NCBI RefSeq assembly: GCF_000400465.1
Contig: NW_008806283.1
Coordinates: 240,001-272,000, forward strand
Source: Wallemia ichthyophaga EXF-994
Lineage: Eukaryota; Fungi; Basidiomycota
Direction: 5' to 3'
DNA: 32,000 bases
A program made the translations under genes and the position numbers. Shown piece after piece: positions 19,134 to 30,100 of this stretch (position 1 is the stretch's first letter; every line of letters starts with the position of its first letter). The notes beneath the pieces were generated by a model, which was given only the letters and a program-made list of their open reading frames with translations, did no database searches and was not told the origin of the DNA.

Positions 19134-20884
19134 TCATCAAGATATTCGCGCACACACTCATCACCCCACTGCACACCATCCTTACCAAGACTAACGGTAA
19201 GTTGGCCACCGAGGGAGAAAGTCTCTAGGAGGAGTTCGTTAGAGCGGCAGCGGACGCCAAGTAGGGCAGATCGTGAGGGAGATTGATCGAGCATGATGAC
19301 GCCATCTGTAGCCTGGTATAGCTGCTTAACATTCATAACACCCAGCATCGACGCGTTGATAGCAGTCCCTTTACCTCGCTGTGAATGCTGTGTCTCGTCA
19401 CCCTTCTCTTTCACCGCCTTCCACCCATCACCCCCCTGTGCAAAATGAGCAGCGCGGGAGAGCGCCATGGTGTGTGCATCTTGTAAAAGAGTTGGGGATG
19501 TGAGTAGATTGACAAACTGGGTTTGAGCGGTTTGCGCGCGGTGTGCGAAACGCCTTTTAAAGGTGGGTGAATCACTTGTGCACGGCGTAGACGGTAGCTG
19601 TATCCCACCGAAACCGAGCTGGACAGATACGTTGCTCGTCGTCGCTGTGCGTCTTTGTAGATAGGGCCGCAACGAGAAGGGGAAGCCTACGAGACATGTG
19701 TCGCCCGTGTGCTGCTGCTTGTGCCGGTGGTTCACATTCGCAATAGCCATCGAGGTCGCTGCAAAGAGGAGTGGTCCTGGTGTGTGTTAGCAGGTACATA
19801 GCACTCACACTGACAGGTGAGAGGTGAGACATGTAGCATTTCACGTTGGCCACAATCATTTGTCTTCACCATCAAATTTCTCCCTGCACCCACCTATCTT
19901 TACTGCACACGCCTTGGCGAAGCGCACCACGGCGTCCGTCTGCTCGCGTGAGAGGGAGAAGTGCATCCAATCGGTCAGAGCACCCCAGGGAGGCTGAAGA
20001 GATTGTTGCTGTTGAGGAGAGTATCCACCGACGAACTCAAGGGTAGTGAGTCGATCCAACTTGTCGCTCCGCACCTGACTCACCACCCGCCTAATAGCCC
20101 AGTACCATCTGAGGCGGGGGAGGGGAGTTGTGCGTTTGGGTGCGTAGTTAGGCAGCGGCGGATAGCCCACTTCCGTCGCATCAGGGAGGGCAGATAGAAT
20201 GTCTTCCTTTGTGACCTTGAGCGGGGTGAGATCGCCGACGGTGTGGATGTGGGGAGTGAAAGAGTGAAAATTTTCCAATGTCGGGAGGTCGGCGCGAACA
20301 TTGCACTCGTCGAGAAGATCACTCGTGAGGAGACGGAGGAAGTCGTGCATGAGGCTGACGACGGAGGTGCCGTCAGAGATAGAGTGTGCAGTTGCGATTA
20401 CGAGGTCTACGTTGTTAGTGAGGGTGTTGTGGAAGATAAACAACCTGGCGAGGTGAGCGTGGTCGAGGTAACGTCTAGGGCCGTTCCAGAGGTAGTTGCG
20501 CATCCAAGTATCAACGTCAACGTCATGTTGATAAATGAGGGAGTGAGAGGAGTGAATCAGGGTGGTAAGAGGATCGCTGGAGAGATTGTCTGTGTTTAAG
20601 ACGAAGTGCAAATTTTCACCTTCCTGCACAGTGAGACTTAGGGAAGGATGAAGCTGGTGAAGTTTTGACCAGGCGGGCAGAGCGTTAAATAGAATGTCAG
20701 GGTTTGATAAAGACATGGGTAATTTAAAGAAGATATCAGTTCTGCCTTGGTGGAGCGTCGACATTTTATGAAAGAACATTTCAACGAGACCGAGTTTGCG
20801 GTGGACAGTGCAATCGCTACGGGTGTCCCAGTGTAATTGAGAGTCTTGCAAATGGGCCAAAGTGAATAAATCCGACTTGTTCAT
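19106..20884 (-). CDS. CoA-dependent acyltransferase (alcohol acetyltransferase / condensation-like fold)
   Basis: Catalytic-type HxxxDG motif (TAHSISDGTSV), N-terminal RKLGLVEMFF..GRTD, C-terminal VGFPFSLRPYL and LETFSLGGQLTVSLG. Intron 19777-19893 joins KI-G|PLLFAATSMAIA in frame. Substrate is not predictable from sequence. Confidence 0.7.
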
Positions 20885-20907
20885 TGTAAGTTATCAAGGT
20901 TACTTGA

Positions 20908-22143
20908 ATGCCTTCATCATCGAAACCCACCCAAGTCGACGAAGAGGACCAGCGCAGGCAGCAGAATAGACTGGCCCAGCGTGAGTTCAGGCAGAGGAAG
21001 CAGCGCGAGAAAGACGAACTCAAGGCGAGGATTGAGTTTCTAGAGAGAGACCCAGATCAGCAATCGCAGCTTATGACTAGAGTTGCAAGGGAATTATACG
21101 CTGAGAACAATAGACTTCGAGCACTGGTACACTCTCTTAGCTCGTTTGTTGGCACTGGCGCTGGCTCGAGTTTGCACGGGTTGGGGTTAACACCGGCCCA
21201 GATGGATAATTTACTCAGTTACTCACGCGTTGAACCCGAAGTGGATGTTGGATTTGAAATGTTTATGCAGAATAGGAGTAGGCGTGGTGGCAGAGGTGAT
21301 GAGAATGATATCGGTAATAAGAGGCCCAGGTACAGTCTGTCGAATGGCAGTGATAGTGCTAGTCCCGTTAGTCATGCTCAGCGGCAGGCGCAGCCAGAGA
21401 CACACACGAGCGCACAGGCACAGTCACCGGCACAGCCCCACCCATACGCCCTCAATCACCTTCTCAACGATAACCTCAGCACTAGCCATGCCTCCTCTAC
21501 GCCCACCCAACCCCGCACAGACTTCCAAAACGACTGTTTCGTAATGATGTCATCCGACGACCCCGAATTTAACGTCTCCACAAAGTTAAACGGGGAAGAG
21601 ACAACGCTGTACAACTTTGCAAGTAGTCTGAAACACTACTCGAGTAGCAAGATGGTACAGGCAGCCCAGCTGATAGAGTACAATCTCAACAACTTCCGTG
21701 CTGACCAGAGCTACCACCTTCCTCCGTCACTCAAGCCATCCCTCATCCAACGCACTGTGCCACACGATAGCCTGATTGATGGTATACCCTTTGCCAGTCT
21801 GCGCGATAAGCTTATACTCAACTCTGACAGTAGCAGCAGTAGCAGCAGTAGCCACGAGCACGCACAGGCTCATGCTAGCCATGCCAACCACACCACAGAC
21901 ACCTCCAAAACCTCTCAATCTAACCCTAAAGTAGACGTGCGGCGCGTTATACGCATGCTGCTCACTTCCACTACTATACACGGCGAGGACGTCCTCAACG
22001 CCGATAATTGGGAACTCGACGACCGATTTTATGCCGACTACTTCTTTCTCACTGACAAGCACATGCTCGATACGAGTAATAAGTGGAGAGAGAGGAGTCA
22101 CAGGCCATTACTGGCCGGTGGGGAGATGAACCATCTGTTTTGA
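20908..22143 (+). CDS. bZIP transcription factor with C-terminal DUF3425-type domain
   Basis: Basic region RRQQNRLAQREFRQRKQ plus leucine zipper (LKARIEFLE..LYAENNRLRALVHSL). C-terminal LPPSLKPSLIQRTVPHDSLIDGIPFASLRDKLI and HGEDVLNADNWEL match the DUF3425 pattern. Confidence 0.85.
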   Translation: MPSSSKPTQVDEEDQRRQQNRLAQREFRQRKQREKDELKARIEFLERDPDQQSQLMTRVARELYAENNRLRALVHSLSSFVGTGAGSSLHGLGLTPAQMDNLLSYSRVEPEVDVGFEMFMQNRSRRGGRGDENDIGNKRPRYSLSNGSDSASPVSHAQRQAQPETHTSAQAQSPAQPHPYALNHLLNDNLSTSHASSTPTQPRTDFQNDCFVMMSSDDPEFNVSTKLNGEETTLYNFASSLKHYSSSKMVQAAQLIEYNLNNFRADQSYHLPPSLKPSLIQRTVPHDSLIDGIPFASLRDKLILNSDSSSSSSSSHEHAQAHASHANHTTDTSKTSQSNPKVDVRRVIRMLLTSTTIHGEDVLNADNWELDDRFYADYFFLTDKHMLDTSNKWRERSHRPLLAGGEMNHLF

Positions 22144-22253
22144 AGTGAGTGAGTGACTGTAGATGTAATATAAATAGTTGTAACGTGCATTCGAGTATAA
22201 TATATTACAGTGTGGTGTGTGTTTTGTGTGCCCTCTGGTATATATACACAAAC

Positions 22254-25037
22254 TCACTCGTCACGCGTCCTGAACACCTTCTCAACCGCGCCGTCGACGA
22301 CTCTGTATCCATTCGCCAGAAAAAGCTTCGAAGAGAGGAAGGGGGAGACATCGTACACCTCCACATCGTTTGCCTGGAGACAAGTTAGCGGAAATCACCA
22401 TACACACACCGACCCACCCTATTCTCAAGGTCCTTCAAAGGCACATGTACAGTCTCAGGATCGGTGAGGTGGTGTGCACGCCACGTTCTCACGCGCTCCT
22501 TGACTAGCTGACCCAGGAGGAAAGCAAGTAGTTCCTCTGAATCCTTAGCCTGGTGAACGTATTTGCGCAGGCCCTGTCAGAGGTAGTGAGCAAAAAGTGT
22601 GAAGAGTAAATAAAGCACAACGCACCCTCTCGAGTGTCTTTTTGACAGAAGTCTTCTGCGCACTAACGAAACTGCCGACAGTGACTTGAATAGCGAGATC
22701 GATATCGTCAGCGCGAACGAATTCACGTAGACTCATACGAGCAGCAGCCTCACTCATACGGATCATACTTTCTAAATGACGGACGGTGATGGGGAACGAA
22801 CCTGTAGCCAGACTCTCCCTGCGTAGGTCAGCGTATAACCTCGCCAGCTTGTCTTGATCAAGTTGGTGCAGTTTAGGCTTACACCTCTCGCGAGCGAACA
22901 TTATATACTTCTTCAAGACACCCTGATCAATAATCTCGGCATCCACACTTGTACCAACATCATTCTCGTCTACTTCCGCTTCGAAATCTGGGTGGGAGCG
23001 TAGATGAGAACCGACTACGAACTTGGCGAGCATCTCATCTACAATAGGGTCGACTGTGTCCTTTACCACGCAGAGCACATCAAAACGTGAGAGAATAGGT
23101 TCAGTGAGTTCCACATTCGCAGCAAAAGGTATAGTAGGGTTATAGCGACCGCGCAAGGGATTAGCTGCGGCGATAACGGCACAGCGTGCCTGTAGAGTAG
23201 TAACAATACCCGCCTTGCTAATACTGATGCTCTGCTGCTCCATTGCCTCATGGATAGAAGTACGATCAGCGTCGTTCATCTTGTCGAACTCATCGATAAG
23301 ACAGGTACCTTTATCGGCTAGTACCAACGCACCTCCCTCCAGTGTCCATTCACGCGTCATAGGATCCTTACGCACACTCGCAGTTAATCCCACAGCCGAC
23401 GCACCCTGTCCCGTTGTGAAAACGGCGCGATGTGCTGTCTTTTCAACATACTTGAGGAATTGCGATTTAGCTGTACCTGGATCACCTAGCAGAAGTACAT
23501 TAATGTCACCACGTATCCTATGCTTTCGGTTGACATCTTTGCTGACTCCTCCGAATAAACTTAAAGCTATAGCCGTCTTAATATCGTCATGACCGTATAT
23601 AGATGGCGCTATTGACTTGATGATTCGCTTGCGCACCCGCTCATCCCGCGCTAAATGACGAATTGCACGCTCATCTTCCTCGGTTAGTCTGAAGGCAGCA
23701 AACTCATCCTCCCGCTTGTTTACATAGTTAGCCTCAATTATCGTGCTAAATACTGGAAAACCATTCTTGGTGTTAAGGGAGGCGTCGAAATTGTTACGGT
23801 ATACCCCCGTCACTTCCACCTCCTCACCAGGTTTTGCATTGTCGATGAGGTCCCATAGGAGGATAACTTCACGGTGACGTGGGAGTCGGCCGGCTGGTAC
23901 ACTGCCCGGCGACTCCTGCAGAGTCATCTTTTGGTAGTTTCGGTAGACAGTCTGCTCACTGTTGACAACGAAAGGACCCTTGCTCTGGCAGTTGGAACAG
24001 AAGGAAATTTTTATCTCTTTGCTGCCATCCTGGTAGAAAGGACCAAGGGTGGTAGTGCATTTAGTGCAGTTGAAACGAACGTATTTGAGCTGAGGAAAGA
24101 CACCTGAACGACGAGTTACGACACCAGAGACACGAACGAGCTGGTTGAGGTCGGCTTGGCGGAGGTCTCGCAGGGTTTTGGCGGTAGGCAATTCAGTGAC
24201 GCGGACGTGGATTTCACTGTGTATACGCTCGTAGTCGGGGTAGTAGAGTAGGATAGCGTCGAGAGCGACGTCATCGAGGATTCTGAGGGTTTCGTGGGGT
24301 GCGTTGATGAGGAAGGAAGCGAGGATGGGCTTGTCTTGGAGGAGGTGGAGGTAGGAGATTTCGAGGGATTCAGAGTTCTGCTCACCGAGGGATTTGATAC
24401 GCTGGCCATAGACGGAGGAGCCGTGTTGATCAGTATAGGTCATGATGAAATTACGGAAATACTTGGCCACGCTGCGCCTGACGTTGTCAGCGTTGAGCCA
24501 TTCGTTAAGAGAAGCAGCTTTGACGTCGCCAAGATTCTCGAGAGGAATTTCATCGTCGTCGTTGTCGACGTCGTCGACATCAGGACGCTCATCGTAGTGG
24601 CGACGACGTCTTCTCTGTACGAGCAATCTGTTATCGGGATCGTCGTCATGGTCTGATTGCAAGAAAGCAGGAATTTTAGCGCGAGATTTGGGGTTGTGAA
24701 GACCAGCCTGTTTACGATCACGTCTCTCCAATTTAGCCTCAACAGCTCTGCGGGTGGAAGGATCTAACGCGTCAAAGTGGTCATCGTCGATCTGATCAGG
24801 ATCGTAGTAATCAAGGTTATTGTTGTTATTGTAATCGCCAGTCATATCATCGCCGAATAGATCTTCGCCGTCGTCGGGCTCGCCGAGCAAACCATCCACG
24901 TCGTCGTCGTCAACGTCACTGAAAGGATCTTGCGGCGGAGAGGAAGGCGGTGGGGGCGAAGACGGTGGAAGAGACGAGGCTATTGGAGATGATCTGACAT
25001 CGCCATTTGAAGATCTTCTACGCTTTTGAAGTGGCAT
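22254..25037 (-). CDS. MCM2: DNA replication licensing factor MCM2, 895 aa
   Basis: Acidic N-tail DGEDLFGDDM..DY, zinc finger CTKC..CSNC, GDPGTAKSQ, IDEFDKM, SRFD arginine finger. Introns 22574-22625 and 22374-22417 restore the C-terminus GLRKYVHQAKDSEELLAFLLGQLVKER..ENR|ANDVEVYDVSPFLSSKLFLANGY. Confidence 0.98.
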
Positions 25038-25042
25038 TAGAT

Positions 25043-25048
25043 ACGCGT
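25043..25048. promoter_or_regulatory. Possible MCB (MluI cell-cycle box, ACGCGT) immediately upstream of MCM2
   Basis: ACGCGT lies 5 bp upstream of the MCM2 ATG, with a second CGCG core near 25057. Consistent with MBF control of replication genes, but the hexamer also occurs at several unrelated sites. Confidence 0.25.
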
Positions 25049-25242
25049 GCAGATGGCGCGTTAAAGAGATTGATTGAGACCAAGTTGGAATGCAATTAAA
25101 TATTTTACAAAATAGGAGAATGTAAGGATTGATTGATTGTTATATTATTATTATCAATCGAATAAATTGTCTAATGAAATAAATAATTTTTATCAATCGA
25201 ATAAATTTTCAAATCGAGTCTTCTCCTTGCACACCAGCAACC

Positions 25243-26932
25243 ATGTCCCCAAGCCATATTCTGTTTGAGAGCAGTGCTGGTTATTTATTATTGAAATGCA
25301 ACGCAATTGACCAAGTTGCCAATAAGTCCAAGCAAGTCCAAGATCAAATCAACGACTACCATCACTTCTCAAAGATGGTCAACATTATCTCCATTTACCC
25401 TTTCACTGACGCTGCCGAGGCTTTAAACAACGCAAACGCCATCTCTGAAGGTGTGAATATTTTCATTCACTCCACGCCTCTAACTCTTTCTAGGTGAACT
25501 CACCGACCAGCTCAACTCATTCCTTCAACAAAACTTACAAGGCGGCAGCAAGTCTGGTGTTGTCTTGGCCGTCTCCGATAAAGCCTTAGCCACCTCCATC
25601 AAATCCCAATTGAAAATTGAAGGTGACGTCTCTGACTTGGCTTTGGAACTCATTAGAGGTGTGCGTATCCACGCTGAGAAGCTCATCGATGGTCTCTCTC
25701 AAGGCGACCTCCTCAGAGCTCAACTTGGTCTCGGTCACTCTTACTCGCGTGCAAAGGTCAAGTTTAACGTTAACAGATCTGATAACATGATTATTCAAGC
25801 CATTGCACTCGTCGATCAACTCGATAAAGATGTTAACACTTTCTCCATGAGAGCAAGAGAGTGGTATGGTTGGCACTTCCCCGAATTGGTTAAGATTGTC
25901 CCAGACAACCACCAATACGCTCTCTGTGCTAGGTTGATCGGTGATAAATCTACTCTCACCGAGGATCTCATTCCTCAACTTATGGAAATCATCGACGACG
26001 ATGAAACTCGCGCTAGAAACGTAATCGACGCTGCTAGATCTTCAATGGGTACTGATATTTCCCCAATCGATCTCATCAACATTAAAAACTTTGCTGATAG
26101 AGTCGTTGGTCTTTCTCAATATAGGAAGAACCTCCACGCTTACCTTCTCGAAAAAATGCACCTCGTAGCTCCAAACTTATCTGCACTCATAGGTGAATTC
26201 GTTGGTGCAAGACTCATCTCACACGCTGGTTCCCTTACAAACCTCTCCAAGTACCCTGCATCAACTGTCCAAATTCTCGGTGCAGAGAAAGCACTCTTTA
26301 GAGCACTTAAAACTAAAGGTAACACTCCAAAGTATGGTCTCCTTTACCACGCTTCTGCTATCGGTAGAGCTGCTCCAAAGAATAAGGGTAGAATTTCTAG
26401 ATTCCTCGCTAACAAAGTTACAATCGCTTCAAGAATTGATTGCTTCAGTGATGCTCCAACTACTAAATTCGGTGAAGCTCTCAAAAATCAAGTTGAAGAA
26501 AGATTACAATTCTACGAATCCGGTCAAGCTCCTTCAAAGAACACGGATGTCATGAAGAAAGCTCTCGATGCTATTGCTGCCGATATGGATCTCGAAGATG
26601 AAGAAGATAGCGATGATGAAAAGATGGATGAAGATGCCAAACCAAAGCAGTCAGAGGAAGATAAAAAGGCTGCTGAGAAAGCCGCAAAGAAAGCCGCCAA
26701 AGCTGCTAAAAAGGAAAACAAGGAGGACAACCTAGACCAAGACGATGCAGACGAAAAGAAGAAGGAAAAGAAAGATAAGAAGAAGAGAAAGTCTGAAGTT
26801 GCAGAAGAATCGACTGAAGCTCAAGAATCTCCAAAGAAAGAAAAGAAGGATAAAAAGCGCAAGAGTGAAGGTGGTGAAACCAAAGAGGAGAAAAAGGCAC
26901 GTAAGCGAGCCAGCAAAGGTGGAGCTGAGTAA
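25243..26932 (+). CDS. NOP56: Box C/D snoRNP core protein Nop56
   Basis: ILFESSAGY, intron 25451-25493, [68 protein letters not shown] (Nop56-type rather than Nop58-type), KKE/D-rich tail. Confidence 0.96.
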
Positions 26933-27149
26933 ATTATCCTAGACTTTGTTTAACCTGTATTTTTATTCATTTCCATATTCACCTGACTTTTCAATCTTTT
27001 GTCATTTATCCAATGCTAATTCATTTATAGAAAATTGTACAAGAGAAGAGATGGCTAGAATAATAATTCTTCATGATAGGGGGAGTAGATATATATTAGA
27101 TTGTATATGCTGTAACCGTTAAAACGCGTCATCGTTAATAATAATATAT

Positions 27150-30100
27150 TTATTCAGCTGCGACAGCCGCAACTTTACCGAATGACTTTTCAACGCTATC
27201 AAAGATTGTTGCAAACTCTGGCGCCAAAGTAGAGAATTTCGCTTGATATGTCTTGAATTGCTGATTGGTGAATATGTTGAAGAATGTCAACAATAATCCC
27301 CATGGATGTGGCTTGGTAACAAGTAAGCGCTCAAGCAACACTCTTGTCAGTATTTCCACTACATTCTCGTTTACCCCGGCTGATTCTTCCAATATCTGCA
27401 AGCAAAGTTTATTGAACCAATACGTGTGAGACGATGGGTAGCGTAACTGGTTTGCAATACCACTGAGTATCAAGTAGCGAGCTATTTAACTTTGTTAGAT
27501 TTAAAATGGAGAAAAAAAACCTTCCGCTCACCCTCTGGATCAAGCTTGTTTACCAAAGTTTCGATCAATTTTACATTCGCACTACCGCCATCAAACTTGA
27601 CACTACCAATGTCCGCTTGTGAGCGAGTGATTGCATCGACACCAATAAATAGAACGAGTGAATTGATCACCGGGATCTTGTACTTCCACTCATCGCTCTC
27701 ATTCTCATTGCCAACCGACTCCAAAGTAATCTTCTGAATAATCTCACCAATAATAACTTCCTCATCTCCTCCATCAATATGCTTGTCCACCAAATTCTTT
27801 AAACCATTGTTGATAATGACTGACATGTAGTCTGAGGAGATGGTTGGATTGTTTTGACTTTCTGACATCACCTCAATGTCAATTGTTGGCAAGAATGGGT
27901 CTGGCAATGTGCTTGTGGCTGCATTTCTTGGATATGCACTAAGAATCAAATTGCGAAGCTGAGTGCAAGATGATGGTATAACATCAATCAAGCCGCCGTA
28001 GTACTCCGACAAGTATTCGCTAAAGTCGTGCAACAACAACAAGAGTATGCGTTGCGTAGCTCTGTATATTTGCTTTGAAGACATTTCGAATTGAGGTTTG
28101 GAAGTGAATGCCTTGACAAATCTCAACAAGGCCGTCATCAACCTGTGGAAGTCAATCCAGTTCTGCAATCACGTCAGCTAAATGTTAACTTCTTTAAAAC
28201 CCTACACACATCATGATTTTCAGGAGCAAGTATCACAGGTAAGAAGTTTCTATGTGAAATCAAGCTAACCCATCCATGCGCAAATCTTGGAAAGTATGCT
28301 GGTTGGAGGTTGGCAAGTGAGTTACTAATCGTGACCATTATGCCTTTGTACGCAACAGCACCAAGACTTTGTCTGATACCCCACAACTCAATCAGAAGAC
28401 TTGAGTAAAGTCTGTAGAACGGCTTTTGCTCAAAATTTTCTTGCAAGTCTTCGTGAGATTGAGCAATTACCAAGCTGGTAATTGAGATAATTTTGTTGAG
28501 ATATACCTGTTTAGCTTGGTCGTGGTTCAGTCCTGTGTGGTCCATGTGGTACTTAATCATGAGCACAACCAACTTGACAAATGCATCGATTGGCTGGAAC
28601 GCGTTGCTCAAGTTTGCAACACCATCGTTCTTCTGCTTGATGAATGACTCGACACCTAACTCAACACAGATTCTGAAGAAAAGTGTTGACGTCTCCTCGC
28701 CCTTGAGAATACCTTGAGATTGTAATTGGGAGATATATGGAATGAATGCTTTTTCTACTTGTGGTGTCATACCATAAATCCTAACCCAATCAGCAAAGTT
28801 TAATGCAAGTCGTTGTCTCAGTGCGGTCTCTTGGTCATTCGTAGTTTTGGTCAATCTGTTGAGCACTGGTGTAGCAACATTGCCAGGTTGAATGTGCTTC
28901 AAAGTCTGGTGAAGCTTCGTCATTGCATCTGAAGTCTTGCTGTTTTGTGCTGCAATAGTGAGAGCCTCTAAGCAGTGTGTAAAGTTGCTTCTCGATGCGA
29001 TTTGATCTTGAATTGATTCTCTAATAAGAGTAGCAGCGAAATCTATAGCTGATTGCCTCATATCTCTAATTATTGATCTAGACAATGTAAGATCAAGTTC
29101 CTCCACATGGATCAATCTCGCTTTAACGAGATAGAGTGTGACTGGGACGTTAAATTTTCTATCGTCGTCGGAGAGAACTAACCATGCAGTCACCTCTTTA
29201 GCTGCCTTCATTGAAAGTTCGCAAAGATGTTGAAGTATAGTGATATAAACTTCTCTGCCCAAATTGCCCTCAGCACGGTAAAGTAATTGGACAATGCGTT
29301 GAGCAAAAGACAAGGAAATATCCTCAGAATTTTGTGATTGGTATGCGAGAATGGATACTTCTTGTACTAATGGACGCAATTCAGAGTTTGGTGGTAACAG
29401 GTCTGATGTATCCACTTGAGAGTTTATGATGGACTTCTCAAGCTCAACAACCAAGTGGTTAAAACGCTCGTATGATTGTTGAGGGTTAATTAGCCCAGCA
29501 TTACCGTTTGAATCAACTGAGACGCGTTGTGGTGTTGGAGGCATAGTCTCGACGACTTCAGGTTGTGATTGTGGTTGGAGGGGGAAGTTGTTGCGGTTAA
29601 ATCCTTCATAGACTTGTAATTGCTGGGCATCCAAACCATTTGGCTTTATGCGTAACAAGTCTGGCAAGCTGTTGGAGAAGTGTGCAGATGAGATGACTGC
29701 ATTGTCCCAATATGCTTGATTGGTTGTCTGTGCGTGAGTTAGCTGGGTGTACTTTGCTATCAGTTCATCACAAACCTCTCTATGCTTGCGACGACTAATG
29801 AAACCTTCGAGCAGTTGATCATCAACTTCAACGATAGCTCTTTGCATAGCAATTTTCTCAATCACTTTGCAAGCAACATCCAAGTTCTCGTTGACAGCAG
29901 AGTAGACCGTTGGTTCTGGGACTGATTGTTCAGAGAGGCCTGATTGGTGAAGAACATTTCTGAAATGAGAGACAACGCTGATTCTCAGAGGCTCCTTGCA
30001 AGTAACAAGTGAGAGATTACCAGCCAAATTTTGAGCCATCAAATGGGCAGCAGCTTGCATCTTGGTTTCGTCACCCTCCATAGCGAAATCCTTGACGATC

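Noticed and set aside
19777-19893. Intronic snoRNA in the two long introns (this one and RPS7 1456-1565)
   Set aside because: No paired C (RTGATGA) and D (CTGA) boxes with a terminal stem, and no H/ACA layout.
21920-21929. CTAACCCTAA, a telomerase-template-like 10-mer
   Set aside because: It lies inside the bZIP coding frame (SNPK) with no visible pseudoknot or template-boundary context; a single 10-mer is plausible by chance in 64 kb of both strands.
14485-27130. Multiple ACGCGT (MCB) hexamers (near 10718, 14485, 22263, 27124)
   Set aside because: Several copies are expected by chance in 32 kb; only the MCM2-proximal one has supporting context, and it is listed at low confidence.
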